From Pirellulales bacterium (lineage in GTDB: Bacteria > Planctomycetota > Planctomycetia > Pirellulales > DATAWG01): 64,000 bases of DNA. The position numbers and the translations under genes were made by a program. Every line of letters starts with the position of its first letter. Position 1 is the stretch's first letter. The stretch is from positions 1-64,000 of the forward strand of contig JBBQWR010000007.1 of NCBI GenBank assembly GCA_038210495.1. Direction: 5' to 3'. Positions 31,201-39,649 of the stretch are shown one piece after another. Under the pieces are notes generated by a model, which was not told the origin of the DNA, did not search any database, and saw nothing but the letters and a program-made list of their open reading frames with translations.

Positions 31201-33912
31201 GACGAAGACGCCACGGGCAAGCTCGGCTCGCTCGCTTGGAGCCGATCGTCGGCCGAGATTCGGTCTCTCTATGCGCTGGCGCTGGAACAAGTGCTGGCCG
31301 ATAGCCCCAAGCTCAAACTGCAAGTCGATTGGCTGATGACCCATCGCACGGGCCATCGCTGGTCGCCCGACAAAGCCACCGGGCCGGCCACGCTCGCGCT
31401 CGCCCGCTGGTTCGCCAAGACCCAGTTCGACGACGAGCATTACAAGCTGACCGTCACGGTCAACGACGTGGAAGTGAAGACGCTTGACATCGACAAGAAT
31501 TCGGGCGGTCTGGTCGTCGATGTGCCCGCCCACGCGCTAGTCGCCGGCAAGCAGCGGATTCACTTCGGGCTCATCGGCCGCGGCCGATATACGTTCCAAG
31601 CGATTCTGAGCGGCTTCGTGGATGCCGACAAACTGAAGGGCACGATGCAAGGAGTCGTCGTCAACCGGTACTATGAGCCGGCCCCGATCGAGCTCGACGG
31701 CAAGGAAATTCCTCGTGGATTCGGCGTCCTGCAAGGCTCGTACACGTCGTTCCGCAATCCGCTCACGCAACTGGCCGTCGGCAAGCGGGGACATGTCGAA
31801 CTCCAGATCGATCGCCCGTACGAACCGACGATGCGAGAAGAATACTGGGTCGTTACCGAGCCCCTGCCCAGCGGAGTAACCGTGATCGAAAACTCGATCA
31901 GCGGCAATTTCGAGCGGTTCGAGCTCGGCGCCGGCGCGATCACCTTCTATCTCCGGTCGTCGACGACATCGAGCCGGATTCACTTCGACGTCCACGGCTA
32001 TCTGCCGGGCCAATATCGCGCGGCGCCCACCGTGGTCCGCGACGCCTATCGGCTCGACAAGATGGTCGTGGCCGCCGCGACAAAACTGACCGTGCTGGCC
32101 CTCAACGCCAAGAGCGCCGACGCCTATCGCCTCACGCCGCAGGAATTGTATGAGCTGGGCAAGCGATACTTCGAGAAGGCGGATTACAAAGCGGCCGGAG
32201 AGCATCTCACCGAGCTAATGGCCAAGTGGAACATCCAGCCGGAGGTGTACAAGGAAACGGCCCGGATGCTCTTGGACATCCACTTGCAAACCGGCCCGCC
32301 GGCGCAGGTCGTGCATTACTTCGAGATCATCAAGGAGAAGTGGCCGGAGCTCGAATTCCCGTTCGAGAAAATCGTCAAGGTGGCGACCGCTTATCACGAG
32401 ATGGGCGAGTACGAGCGGAGCTACCTGGTCTTCCGCGCCACGGCCGAGAGCAGTTTTCTGCGCGAAGCGGCCGTCGGCGGGTTCTTGGAATCGCAGGGTG
32501 AATTTCTGCGGAGCATCGCGTTCATGAACCGGCTGCTGGCCGAATATCCCCCCGAGCCGTATGTGGTGGCGGCGACGTTCGCCCTCTCGCAGCGGGTCTA
32601 TGGCATGGCGCCCAAGGCGGCCGATGACCCAAAACTCCGCGAGAAGAAGATCAACAAGGTCGATCTGATCGGGCAGGCCGTCGCTATGCTCGATAATTTT
32701 CTGTCCGATTACCCCGACGACCCGGCCGCCGATCAGGCCTCGTTCTCGCTAGCCAATGCCCTGTTGGAACTTAAGTCGTACAAGGAAGTGATCGCCCGGG
32801 CGACCAAATTCGCCGCCCGGTATCCCAAGAGCGATTATCTCGATAGTTTCTGGTACATCGTGGCCTACGGTCATTTCGCCTTGGGGGAGCATGAGCAGGC
32901 CCTGACGATGGCCAAGAAGGTGGCCGAGGCCAAGCGGATCGATAAATTATCGGGCCGCGAGACCGAAAGCCCCAACAAATGGGAAGCGATCTACATCATG
33001 GGCCAGGTGTACCACAGCCTGGGGAAGGCGGCCGAGGCGATCGTCGAATATACGCGAGTCGCCGATCGGTTCGCCGACGCGAAGGAGGCCATCGCCTATT
33101 TCACGCGCAAGGAAATCACATTGCCCGAAGTGACGGTGATCCGCCCGGCTGACGCTGCCGAGGTGGAACTCAAATTCCGCAATGTCGCCACCGCCGACGT
33201 GAAACTGTACCGAATCGACCTGATGAAGTTCGGCCTGCTGAAGCGTAATCTGGCCGGGATCACGCAGATCAATCTGGCGGGGATTCGACCGTTCTTCGAG
33301 AGCAAGCTCGAGCTCGGCGATGGGAAGGATTTCCGCGACCGCACGCACAAGATCGCGCTGCCGATCAAGGAAGAAGGCGCCTATCTGATCGTCTGCCGCG
33401 GCGGCGATCTATATGCCAGCGGGCTGGTGCTGCTCAGCCCGCTGTCAGTCGAAGTGCAAGAAGACGCCTCGGCCGGGCAGGTGCGCGTCACGGTGAAGAA
33501 CGTGCTCAAGGACACCTACATCTCGGACGTCCAGGCCAAGGTGATCGGCAGCCGGAACGAGGACTTCGTGTCCGGCGAAACGGATCTCCGCGGCGTGTTC
33601 GTGGCCCAAGGGGTGCGCGGCGCGAGCACGGTGATCGCCCAAGCGGACAGCGGGCGTTATGCGTTCTTCCGCGGCAAGACCGAGCTTGGCCCACCGGAAC
33701 CGGCCGCATCGCCGCCGGCTCCGGCCAAGCAGTCCGAACAAACCGACAATCAGATGGAAAAGCCCCAGCAAGGCGAGAATCGCCGGGGCGACAATGGCCT
33801 GCTCGACAATCTGCAACGGGGCAACAACTCGTTGCAAGACTTCAACAACGACAAGCTGCAGAATTTCTATAAGCAGAACAAGAGTGGCGTGAAGGCGAAG
33901 GAGGCGTATTGA
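25249..33912 (+). CDS. Giant secreted TPR / alpha-2-macroglobulin / TPR fusion protein (2887 aa)
   Basis: Signal peptide. N-terminal TPR repeats (YbgF-like), then MG-type beta-sandwich repeats, then an A2M/TED-like region (LVSSQLDDGSWSWGGQG alpha-alpha toroid motif) and receptor-binding-like domain (cf. the 1..619 fragment). A second TPR block and a C-terminal beta-rich domain follow. No obvious CxEQ thioester motif was seen. Low-complexity Gln/Ala/Gly insert at ~29150-29800. Confidence 0.8.
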   Translation: MKRMFSVAAAVLSITVGLGVTLRLVGADAKEAPAPPETKKPAAAADGGLFAVPHVPTKISELLADHKYADAIAAIDAARKDAKAKDAPWDYLAYLKGRALHLDGQYDAAVKQFTAMEKEFPGSPWARRARFGKAVSLARKGDFRAAELIYRTEVEYLLSSARKQEIADLYLEFADAYFKPKDEIQHKPDYQKALEFYLKALEVGPQNDRRAEIELQTARSYQLLNQLPEAAKRFSQFIKDHPGLPAVIEARFRLGEVQLAQSQQQEARRTWQDLLAAHADSKSERIPEAAYRLAFTYNLPNPQTDEELSLGISTLESFIKNYPDHKLASQAHLLIANSYIARGRYEDAVKSLIRFLADKRYADREEVADARNLLGRSYQLQRKFTAALEAWRDYLTKHPSHHAWSDVQREIVNTEYLMADDKAQAKQYDEARKLWNDFLAKYPLDPRDPQILYLFGWMNYQQERFPEANSDWRRLASKYPGTEPAQRGQLMIAATLEGKLGKLEEALQEYKKVQPGNCQNLAQMAINRLTAKSMAIVTERVFRSDETPKIKLTSRNIESVTVRAYKVDLETYFRKMHVVQGVEGLDIALIDPDKTFEFKIPKYNEYQQVENEIELPLFKDIAKDAANADAKDAGKLTPSGAWAVTVSSKTLEATTLVLQSDLDLIVKSSRDELFVFAENMRTGKPWPGVKLLLSNGQQVFGEVACGADGVLKQSFKELKGAGDVRVFALADGGVASNVVSLQGVGVAQGLVDKGYIYTDRPAYRAGQIVHVRGILRRAVDDNYTVEKGKKETVEVYDPRSRLIWQEETKLSDVGSLHMYFTLPATSPVGPYRVVVHDDEGHSHAGGFTVHEYQIDPVRLSVDIDRHVFYRGEEIEGTIRAAFYYGAPLADREVTYKLADGRVNSAKTDDKGEVHFKLPTRDFRETQTLPLVVTLAERNLTTVQNFFLATQGFAISMSTVRPVYVAGETFEVTLKAMDAENKPLAQKLTLNVLERTVVDGKVGEKQVDTFEVATDAKDGTARKTLKLEKGAEYILRAEGIDRFKNPVVGQYRIKISDENDSVRLRILADRHTYKVGDAADVQLHWREKPALALVTFQGARVLDYRLVQLETGANKLAIPMSAKLAPNFDLTVAVMTDAGRLEKGLGAGDGTREKKAGGNDAVKLPESPLKVAKAPAKRFHEASSPFSVERQLTLKLETKRKEGAKGAIRPGEEVELVIVATDPQGKPVAAEVSLGMVEQALLNMFPPNVPAIDEFFKGVPRQSALHTSTSVVFGYFPATHPIDRHLLSEVQRQEIAKEEAESTAVRTRLLLQAQQQAANQSDATPALVIQEEAAEQLLGSEQPRAQAGALFTDGSTGIQAGGIAGSGGLGNVDLALDGVHAYGWTGDQHNSGEAAANEDRTTAAVAYTDQAAIPFPVKPGIQYPTHAQGRTLTRDRMRYSQLQVDPSGGVGGGASAGGWAANSNRPAASTPIGRTPQLGAVPHMNRLFDMPPQLGRTSGELEYALNGGDLSDNYAVVAQDGSQRNWSFGANWALGDGGRKELAAKRVAELQTAIANKALVTPQRGLVETAYWNPAIVTDDKGRASVTISMPDQSTAWKLSAKGITADTLAGEGELDLVVKKDLFGELKLPTAFTDGDDAQILATIHNGLLDKGQIEVTLKTTMGGKSTEEKKTIDVTATGLSELTFPLAVRRPTADDKAEKKVDAKKEDNPADDSQVTIELSVSSGAERDVVRRVVPIHPYGMSVYATAGGAASSDTTVWVEAPKDMPLAAPSLQILVGPTIQQSLLDVLFGTAPTCEIDVLRSASALDSPASDLMAALALQKLINTTRDAGNPQARLLDDRVRSAISLLVSSQLDDGSWSWGGQGLQAQAAQGHRLGTARVIWALSLAKSAGYKLPGEQFEKGLTFLQSQIATTAETDYETKAVLLHALAAAGRGDFTLANRLYRNRPALTTAALVYLSLALAEMDHQPMAEDLLKLLDQRNLDDEDATGKLGSLAWSRSSAEIRSLYALALEQVLADSPKLKLQVDWLMTHRTGHRWSPDKATGPATLALARWFAKTQFDDEHYKLTVTVNDVEVKTLDIDKNSGGLVVDVPAHALVAGKQRIHFGLIGRGRYTFQAILSGFVDADKLKGTMQGVVVNRYYEPAPIELDGKEIPRGFGVLQGSYTSFRNPLTQLAVGKRGHVELQIDRPYEPTMREEYWVVTEPLPSGVTVIENSISGNFERFELGAGAITFYLRSSTTSSRIHFDVHGYLPGQYRAAPTVVRDAYRLDKMVVAAATKLTVLALNAKSADAYRLTPQELYELGKRYFEKADYKAAGEHLTELMAKWNIQPEVYKETARMLLDIHLQTGPPAQVVHYFEIIKEKWPELEFPFEKIVKVATAYHEMGEYERSYLVFRATAESSFLREAAVGGFLESQGEFLRSIAFMNRLLAEYPPEPYVVAATFALSQRVYGMAPKAADDPKLREKKINKVDLIGQAVAMLDNFLSDYPDDPAADQASFSLANALLELKSYKEVIARATKFAARYPKSDYLDSFWYIVAYGHFALGEHEQALTMAKKVAEAKRIDKLSGRETESPNKWEAIYIMGQVYHSLGKAAEAIVEYTRVADRFADAKEAIAYFTRKEITLPEVTVIRPADAAEVELKFRNVATADVKLYRIDLMKFGLLKRNLAGITQINLAGIRPFFESKLELGDGKDFRDRTHKIALPIKEEGAYLIVCRGGDLYASGLVLLSPLSVEVQEDASAGQVRVTVKNVLKDTYISDVQAKVIGSRNEDFVSGETDLRGVFVAQGVRGASTVIAQADSGRYAFFRGKTELGPPEPAASPPAPAKQSEQTDNQMEKPQQGENRRGDNGLLDNLQRGNNSLQDFNNDKLQNFYKQNKSGVKAKEAY

Positions 33913-33944
33913 CGAGGATTGTGGTAGGTTATTTCGCGTTTCAG

Positions 33945-34172
33945 GCGCAAGCGCGCGAGCTTACGCCCCGAAGGGGCAGCCACACGAAAGCCCAGGGCAA
34001 CGCCCTGGGCTGAGGCGCCTCCACCAGTGCAAAGCCCTGAAGGGGGCGAAACAATTGTCGCGGTTGTGACGCCCTGTCAGGGCTTAAACGCACGTCGTTT
34101 TTCAACCCAGGGCGTTGCCCTGGCTGATTTGTTGCGCCCCGTTGGGGCTCCGGACTTCTCGAATCGGAGCGC
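33945..34172. repeat. Cluster of seven GC-rich mini-hairpins between convergent genes (bidirectional terminator region)
   Basis: The seven hairpins are gccccgaaggggc, cccagggcaacgccctggg, gccctgaagggggc, gccctgtcagggc, ccagggcgttgccctgg, gccccgttggggc and ctccg...cggag. The cccagggcaacgccctggg and ccagggcgttgccctgg hairpins are reverse complements of each other. Confidence 0.55.
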
Positions 34173-34184
34173 TGGCGTCTAGCC

Positions 34185-35072
34185 TCACGCACCCGCTTTG
34201 CGAAAGTTCAGCAGCGGCCACAGTTGGCCTTCCCGCCGCGCGTAGAGAATCGACACTAACTCGCCTTGGGCGTCGATGGCCGCAAGTTGTGCGCTGTCGT
34301 TCGTTCCGAAAGGCGATCCGAACGGCAAACCGTGGATGACGAGTTCGACCTCCACATCACTTAGCGCGAGCGTCGGCAGCGAGTCGAGCGCCGCGCGGGG
34401 CGAAAGGATGCGACTCGGCAATGTCTCGGCGTTTAGCGTCCGCGGATCGCAGGCGTCCGCCACATGGAATGGCCCGATCGCCGTGCGCTGCAGAGCCGAC
34501 ATCACTGCCGCGGTTCCCAGCGACTCGGCAAGGTCGCGACCGATCGACCGCACGTACGTGCCCGAACTGCATGCGATCTGGAGCGTCAGTTCCGGATAAT
34601 CGTAGCTCTCGATCCATAGCTTATGCACCGTGATGGCCCGCGACTGCAATTCGACGTCGCGGCCCTTTCTCGCCAGCTCGTACGCTCGACGGCCGGCGAC
34701 TTTGATCGCCGAAAAGATCGGTGGCCGCTGCTGAATCTCGCCGATCATGGCCGCGGCGGCGTGCTGTATCTCGTCGAGCGTTGGGATCGGCGGATCGATC
34801 AGCTCGGTGATCTCGCGCTCGATGTCCTCCGACTCGCTCGAACGTCCGAGCAAGAATACGCCGCGATAGCGCTTCGGCATCCGCTGCACATATTCGACCA
34901 ATCGCGTCGCCGGGCCAAGGCATGCAATCAGGACTCCCGAGGCGATCGGATCGAGGGTGCCAGCATGTCCGATCTTCGCCGGCTTGACAAGATGTTTGAT
35001 CCGCCCGAGCACGGCTGCCGACGACAACCCGACGGGCTTATTGAGATTCAGAAGGCCGAACATGGGGGGCAA
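34185..35072 (-). CDS. truB: tRNA pseudouridine(55) synthase TruB
   Basis: FGLLNLNKPVGLSSAAVLGRIKHL...HAGTLDPIASGVLIACLG is the TruB catalytic Asp motif region. Confidence 0.9.
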   Translation of the reverse strand: MPPMFGLLNLNKPVGLSSAAVLGRIKHLVKPAKIGHAGTLDPIASGVLIACLGPATRLVEYVQRMPKRYRGVFLLGRSSESEDIEREITELIDPPIPTLDEIQHAAAAMIGEIQQRPPIFSAIKVAGRRAYELARKGRDVELQSRAITVHKLWIESYDYPELTLQIACSSGTYVRSIGRDLAESLGTAAVMSALQRTAIGPFHVADACDPRTLNAETLPSRILSPRAALDSLPTLALSDVEVELVIHGLPFGSPFGTNDSAQLAAIDAQGELVSILYARREGQLWPLLNFRKAGA

Positions 35073-35285
35073 ATGACTAATGACGAATGTCTAATCAATG
35101 ACGAATGACGAAGCTCGAATGACGAAGGACTGAGATCACGTTTTTGCAGTAATGCTTAGGTCGACTAATTTTCTCGACATCACAAACGTGCTCGAAGATT
35201 CGACATCAGACCTTCGTCATTCGTCAATTAAGCATTAGTCATTGATTAGACATTGGGTATTTCGTCATTCGTCATTCCTCATCAA
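35071..35285. repeat. Intergenic TGACGAA/TTCGTCA heptamer and TTAGACAT repeat block, related to 5141-5300
   Basis: aatgacgaatgtctaatcaatgacgaatgacgaag ... cttcgtcattcgtcaattaagcattagtcattgattagacattg ... ttcgtcattcgtcattcc; it shares a 30-nt near-identical segment with the 5141-5300 block. Confidence 0.6.
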
Positions 35286-36556
35286 TTCGCCACCTGGGCC
35301 AAGACATACGGCCCCTTGGGGATGACGGCTAGCGTGGCGTTGGGTCCGTATTCGGCGAGGCTTTCGGCCACGGCTTGCTCGACGCTGGCGGCGCTCTCGA
35401 CGAACAGCCGATCGATCGTCTCGCGGGGCAGGCCGTCGCTGACGACCTTAACTCGGACCTTGCGGCGCACCTTGGCCAGCTCTTCAAGCTGCCACTGGTC
35501 CATCACAAAATAGTCCTTGCCCAAGATCCGCTCGACGAACAAGTCGAGGCTTGAATTGTCGGTGAACAAGCTTTGAAACTCGGGACTGCCGATCCCTTCC
35601 GACAGGCTTGCGGCCAAAATGATCGTGCCCCCTTGCTTGACGATCGGCAGCGCGCCGGTCAGACCCTTTACGGCCTGATAAAACGTCGTGTCGAGCGGGT
35701 AGCCGGCGGAACTGGTCACGACCACGTCGACCGGCTCGGGCACGGTGTCGACCACCACGCCGCGGACAAATTCGACTCCCTCCAAAAACGCCGCCTCCAT
35801 GTCACCGGCGACCCACTTGAGCGGCCGGCGTTCGGAATCGATCACGACGTTGACGATGAAATCGCAGCCCGTGTGGCGGCCGATCCAGGTGTTCTCTTCG
35901 TGGACCGGATTGCCGTCCAAGATGCCGCAGTCGGCCTTGGGGTGCTCAAGAAAATCGGGCCCGTGCCAGACTTTTACGGTTTCCAGGGCCGCGATGCCGG
36001 GGCAGATTAGCTTGCGCCCGCCGGAAAAACCGGCCATCAAATGCGGCTCGATCAGGCCTGTAGTGATTTTCAGGTCGGCTTCGACATAGTTGCGGTCGAT
36101 CCAGATTGGCACGCCGCGAGGGCTGTCCCCCAGGTAGACATGCTCATTGAGGATCGTGCCATGATGATTGACGCAGCGGTAATTAACCGCGATTTCATGA
36201 CCGACTAACTCGACGAGCTCGGCGCCTTCGTTCGGACGGTGCAGACCGGTGGCGATCAGGATCGCGATCGCGGCTCGGGGAATACCCGACTGCTCGAGCG
36301 TTTCGAGCACCGGCTGGAGAATCATTTGATTGGGAACAGGCCGCGTGATGTCGCAAATGACGACACACGCGCTCTTGCGCCCCTTGGCCAGTTCGGCGAG
36401 CGGCGGCGCGGCAGTGGGTTTTTCGAGAACCCGCCGCAAGTCGCCGCGCGGATCGGCCAGCGGAATGGCGTCTTTATACGCCAGCTTTCGCGTGACCCGC
36501 TCGGTCGGCAGATCGATATCGAGCCCCGTGCGGCCGTATTCGAGATGGAATCGCAT
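35282..36556 (-). CDS. LarA-like nickel-dependent lactate racemase family protein (DUF2088)
   Basis: 424 aa with an N-terminal DUF2088-like domain. Conserved His/Lys-rich stretches (e.g. [19 protein letters not shown]) resemble LarA nickel-pincer cofactor binding residues. Confidence 0.65.
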   Translation of the reverse strand: MRFHLEYGRTGLDIDLPTERVTRKLAYKDAIPLADPRGDLRRVLEKPTAAPPLAELAKGRKSACVVICDITRPVPNQMILQPVLETLEQSGIPRAAIAILIATGLHRPNEGAELVELVGHEIAVNYRCVNHHGTILNEHVYLGDSPRGVPIWIDRNYVEADLKITTGLIEPHLMAGFSGGRKLICPGIAALETVKVWHGPDFLEHPKADCGILDGNPVHEENTWIGRHTGCDFIVNVVIDSERRPLKWVAGDMEAAFLEGVEFVRGVVVDTVPEPVDVVVTSSAGYPLDTTFYQAVKGLTGALPIVKQGGTIILAASLSEGIGSPEFQSLFTDNSSLDLFVERILGKDYFVMDQWQLEELAKVRRKVRVKVVSDGLPRETIDRLFVESAASVEQAVAESLAEYGPNATLAVIPKGPYVLAQVAN

Positions 36557-36630
36557 GACGAGGAGCCCGAGAAGAGGAGGCCGCGATTGTGCGATCCATC
36601 GCCCGGGGCGGCCGAAAATCGTGCAATGGG

Positions 36631-36885
36631 CTATTTGCCCTTTCCAGCCGGTTTGGCGGCAGGCTTCGCCGCGGCGGCGTCTCCCTCGGCGCCTTCCTCT
36701 TCCTTCTTCTTTTTCTTCTTCTTCATCGCCAGCTTAAACACGCGGACTTTCGGCAGACCGAGGGCGCTGGTCTCATCGGACCAACGGTCCGATTCCTTTA
36801 GCCGGGTGATCCGCTCGGCCCGATTCAGCACGCCGCGGGCTCGCGTCATACCCTTGCGAACGCGCAAACTCTTATCCATCGTCAT
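36631..36885 (-). CDS. Small basic protein with a poly-Lys / [12 protein letters not shown] histone-H1-like tail (hypothetical; possibly nucleoid- or ribosome-associated)
   Basis: Start chosen at [20 protein letters not shown]. The C-terminus [30 protein letters not shown] is read directly. No family recognised. Confidence 0.4.
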   Translation of the reverse strand: MTMDKSLRVRKGMTRARGVLNRAERITRLKESDRWSDETSALGLPKVRVFKLAMKKKKKKKEEEGAEGDAAAAKPAAKPAGKGK

Positions 36886-37151
36886 GATCGAATAGCTCCA
36901 GCAAATAACTTCAGACTGTGTATTGATTGCGTTGCGGCACGACACTTTGCGGTCATGCTAGCCCAGCAGTATAAGGCATTTTGCAGGAGCGTTCAATATA
37001 ACGCGCGTGCAGAAATCAAGCCGGGTAGCCGGATTGGCAGGGTAGCGGACGGAGGTGTGGGAATGGTGGCTGGGGCTCAAGGCGCTTCGCCGAAGCCTCG
37101 GTGGGCGGCGTGGCTGCATATTCGGCGTCAGCAAGGAAGAACTACCGATGA

Positions 37152-38321
37152 TTAAGCGCCTGGCGGCGGTACGGCGATGCCAATAGCTAGCGCCTGTTCC
37201 AGATCGTCTTTGAGATCCTCAAATGCTTCGAGTCCCACGGAAATTCGCACCAGCCCGTCCGTGATGCCGAAGGAGAGCCGGGCCGCGGAGTCGTAGCTGG
37301 CGTGGGACATGGCGGCGGGCTGCTCGATGAGCGATTCGACGGCGCCCAAGCTGACGGCTAATTGGAACAGCCGTGTGCTCTCGGCCACGCGCTTGGCGGC
37401 CGCGAAATCACCATTCACTTCGAACGACACCATCGCGCCGAAGCCTCCCTGCATTTGCTTGGCCGCCACCTTGTGTCCAAGATGCCCCTTTAGCCCAGGA
37501 TAGAGCACCCGGCGAACGCGGCGATCGGCCGATAGAAACTCGGCGATCCTCGCGGCGGTTCGGCATTGCTCAAGCACTCGCAATTCCAGCGTTTTCAAAC
37601 CCCGCGTGCACAAAAATGCTTCCAAAGGCGACATCACGGCGCCCGTCGCATTTTGAATGAAGTACAGCTTCTTCAGCAGTTCGGCGTCGCGCACGACCAA
37701 GGCGCCGCCAAGCACATCGCTATGGCCGCCCAGATATTTCGTCGCCGAATGCATCGCGATATCCGCGCCCAATTCCAGCGGTCGCGTGAGCACCGGCGTC
37801 GCGAACGTGCTGTCGACGCCTAGCAAAATCCCGCGCCGCCGCGCGAGCTCCGCGCAGGCGGCGATATCGGTGATCGACAACAGCGGGTTGCCGGGGCTCT
37901 CGATCCACAGGAGCTTGGTTTTCGGCGTAACGGCCGCCGCGAACTGGTCGATGTCCGTCGCCGGCGCTAGCGTCACCCCGATTCCGGCTCGATTGCAGAT
38001 TTTGTGCAGCAATCGAAACGTGCCACCGTAGATATCCGAGCCGGCGAGAATGTGATCGCCCGATTCGAGCAGCATCGTCGCGCAGTGGATCGCCGCCATG
38101 CCCGAGGAAAACGCCAGGGCGCCGCAGCCTCCTTCGAGCGAGGCGAGCGTTGTCTCGAAAGCCTTGCGGGTCGGGTTGCCGCTGCGTGAGTAGTCGAATT
38201 CGCCCCACGAGCCCGCGCCCGGCTGAACGAATGTTGCCGCCAAATGCATCGGCGCCACCACGGCGCCCGTTTGCGGATCGGGCGGATTGCCGACGTGAAT
38301 GGCTCGGGTGCGAAATTTCAT
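37152..38321 (-). CDS. PLP-dependent Cys/Met metabolism enzyme (cystathionine beta-lyase / gamma-synthase family)
   Basis: SRSGNPTR...AFSSGMAAI...DSTFATP...HSATKYLGGHSD is the trans-sulfuration family signature with the PLP lysine. Confidence 0.85.
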   Translation of the reverse strand: MKFRTRAIHVGNPPDPQTGAVVAPMHLAATFVQPGAGSWGEFDYSRSGNPTRKAFETTLASLEGGCGALAFSSGMAAIHCATMLLESGDHILAGSDIYGGTFRLLHKICNRAGIGVTLAPATDIDQFAAAVTPKTKLLWIESPGNPLLSITDIAACAELARRRGILLGVDSTFATPVLTRPLELGADIAMHSATKYLGGHSDVLGGALVVRDAELLKKLYFIQNATGAVMSPLEAFLCTRGLKTLELRVLEQCRTAARIAEFLSADRRVRRVLYPGLKGHLGHKVAAKQMQGGFGAMVSFEVNGDFAAAKRVAESTRLFQLAVSLGAVESLIEQPAAMSHASYDSAARLSFGITDGLVRISVGLEAFEDLKDDLEQALAIGIAVPPPGA

Positions 38322-39649
38322 GACTCGAGCGCCTGCGCCAAATCGGCCACGAGATCTTCCGGATTCTCAATCCCGCAAGCCAGCCGGATCATGTTGTCCG
38401 AAATGCCAAACCGCTCCCGATCGGCCGGCGGGCATTCGTAATAACTCATCACGAGCGGCTGCTCGATCAGCGATTCCACGCCCCCCAAGCTCGGCCCAAT
38501 GCGAGGAATTTTTACCGAGTCGACGACCCGCGCCGTCGCGCGCCAATCGGCGTCTCGCACCAAGAACGTCACCAGCCCGCCGAAGCCCCGCATGGTGCGC
38601 TTCGCGACTTCGTAATAGGGATGCGAGGGCAGACCCGGATAATAGACCCGCTCGATCCGCGGATGGCCGGCCAAGAACTGGGCGACCGCCATGCCATTTT
38701 CATTGTGCCTGCGCATCCGCAACTCGAACGTCTTGAGGCCCCTGCTCAACAGATAGATATTGTGCGGCGAGTTGATGGCGCCCATGATGCCCCGCAGCTT
38801 TCGCACGGGCTCGAGCTTCTCGGCGGTTCCGGTCACGGCGCCCGCCAAGAGATCGTTGTGTCCACCGAGATATTTTGTCGCCGAGTGCATCACATAGTCG
38901 ATGCCGGCCGCCAGCGGTCGAATGTTGAAAGGCGTGCCGAGCGTGGCGTCGATGAGCGTTTCCACCCCGTGCCGCCGGCCAAGATCGGCGAACCGGTCGA
39001 GATCGACGATGCTCAGGTGGGGATTCGTCGGCGACTCGCTAATGAGCAACCGCGTTTGCGGATTGATGGCGGCCTCCATCGCGTCGTAGTCGCAGGCCTT
39101 CACCTGCCGGGTGACCACGCCGAATCGCGCCAGATGTTTGGAGCAAAATTCGCGGCTGCGGTGATAACACTCGTCGAAGAAAATCACTTCGTCGCCGGAG
39201 TTGAGCTTGGCCATCAGCAAACCGACGAGCGCCGACATGCCGGTCGAAAACACGAGCGCCGCTTCGCCCCCTTCGAGAGCCGCCAACTTCCGCTCGACGG
39301 ATCGCTCGCTCGGATTGCCATAACGGCCATATTCTTCCCGAGGCTGTTTTTGCTCGATGAAATCGATCACCGATTGCGTATCGTCAAACGTATAGGTCGA
39401 CGTCGCGAAAATCGGATCGGTTAGCGAATGGGCAAATTTCTGGCGGTCTTCGCCGCCATGCACGGCGATCGTCGAAAGTCTCGGCGCAGGGCCCTGCGAG
39501 CGCTCATCGCCAGCGGCCAACTCTGCGACAGCCTCGCTTTTAGCGATGGGCGATGCGGATGGTGTTTTCGCGCCGCCCACGAGCGGCGGGTGAGCACTGG
39601 TTGAAGTGTGCGAATCCAGCGCGGCGGCGGCGGATGGTTTTGTCGTCAT
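38318..39649 (-). CDS. Second PLP-dependent Cys/Met metabolism enzyme (cystathionine gamma-synthase / O-succinylhomoserine sulfhydrylase-like) with a ~60-aa low-complexity N-terminal extension
   Basis: YGRYGNPS...FSTGMSAL...HSATKYLGGHND. It overlaps the downstream paralog by 4 nt (ATGA), suggesting an operon. Confidence 0.8.
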   Translation of the reverse strand: MTTKPSAAAALDSHTSTSAHPPLVGGAKTPSASPIAKSEAVAELAAGDERSQGPAPRLSTIAVHGGEDRQKFAHSLTDPIFATSTYTFDDTQSVIDFIEQKQPREEYGRYGNPSERSVERKLAALEGGEAALVFSTGMSALVGLLMAKLNSGDEVIFFDECYHRSREFCSKHLARFGVVTRQVKACDYDAMEAAINPQTRLLISESPTNPHLSIVDLDRFADLGRRHGVETLIDATLGTPFNIRPLAAGIDYVMHSATKYLGGHNDLLAGAVTGTAEKLEPVRKLRGIMGAINSPHNIYLLSRGLKTFELRMRRHNENGMAVAQFLAGHPRIERVYYPGLPSHPYYEVAKRTMRGFGGLVTFLVRDADWRATARVVDSVKIPRIGPSLGGVESLIEQPLVMSYYECPPADRERFGISDNMIRLACGIENPEDLVADLAQALES

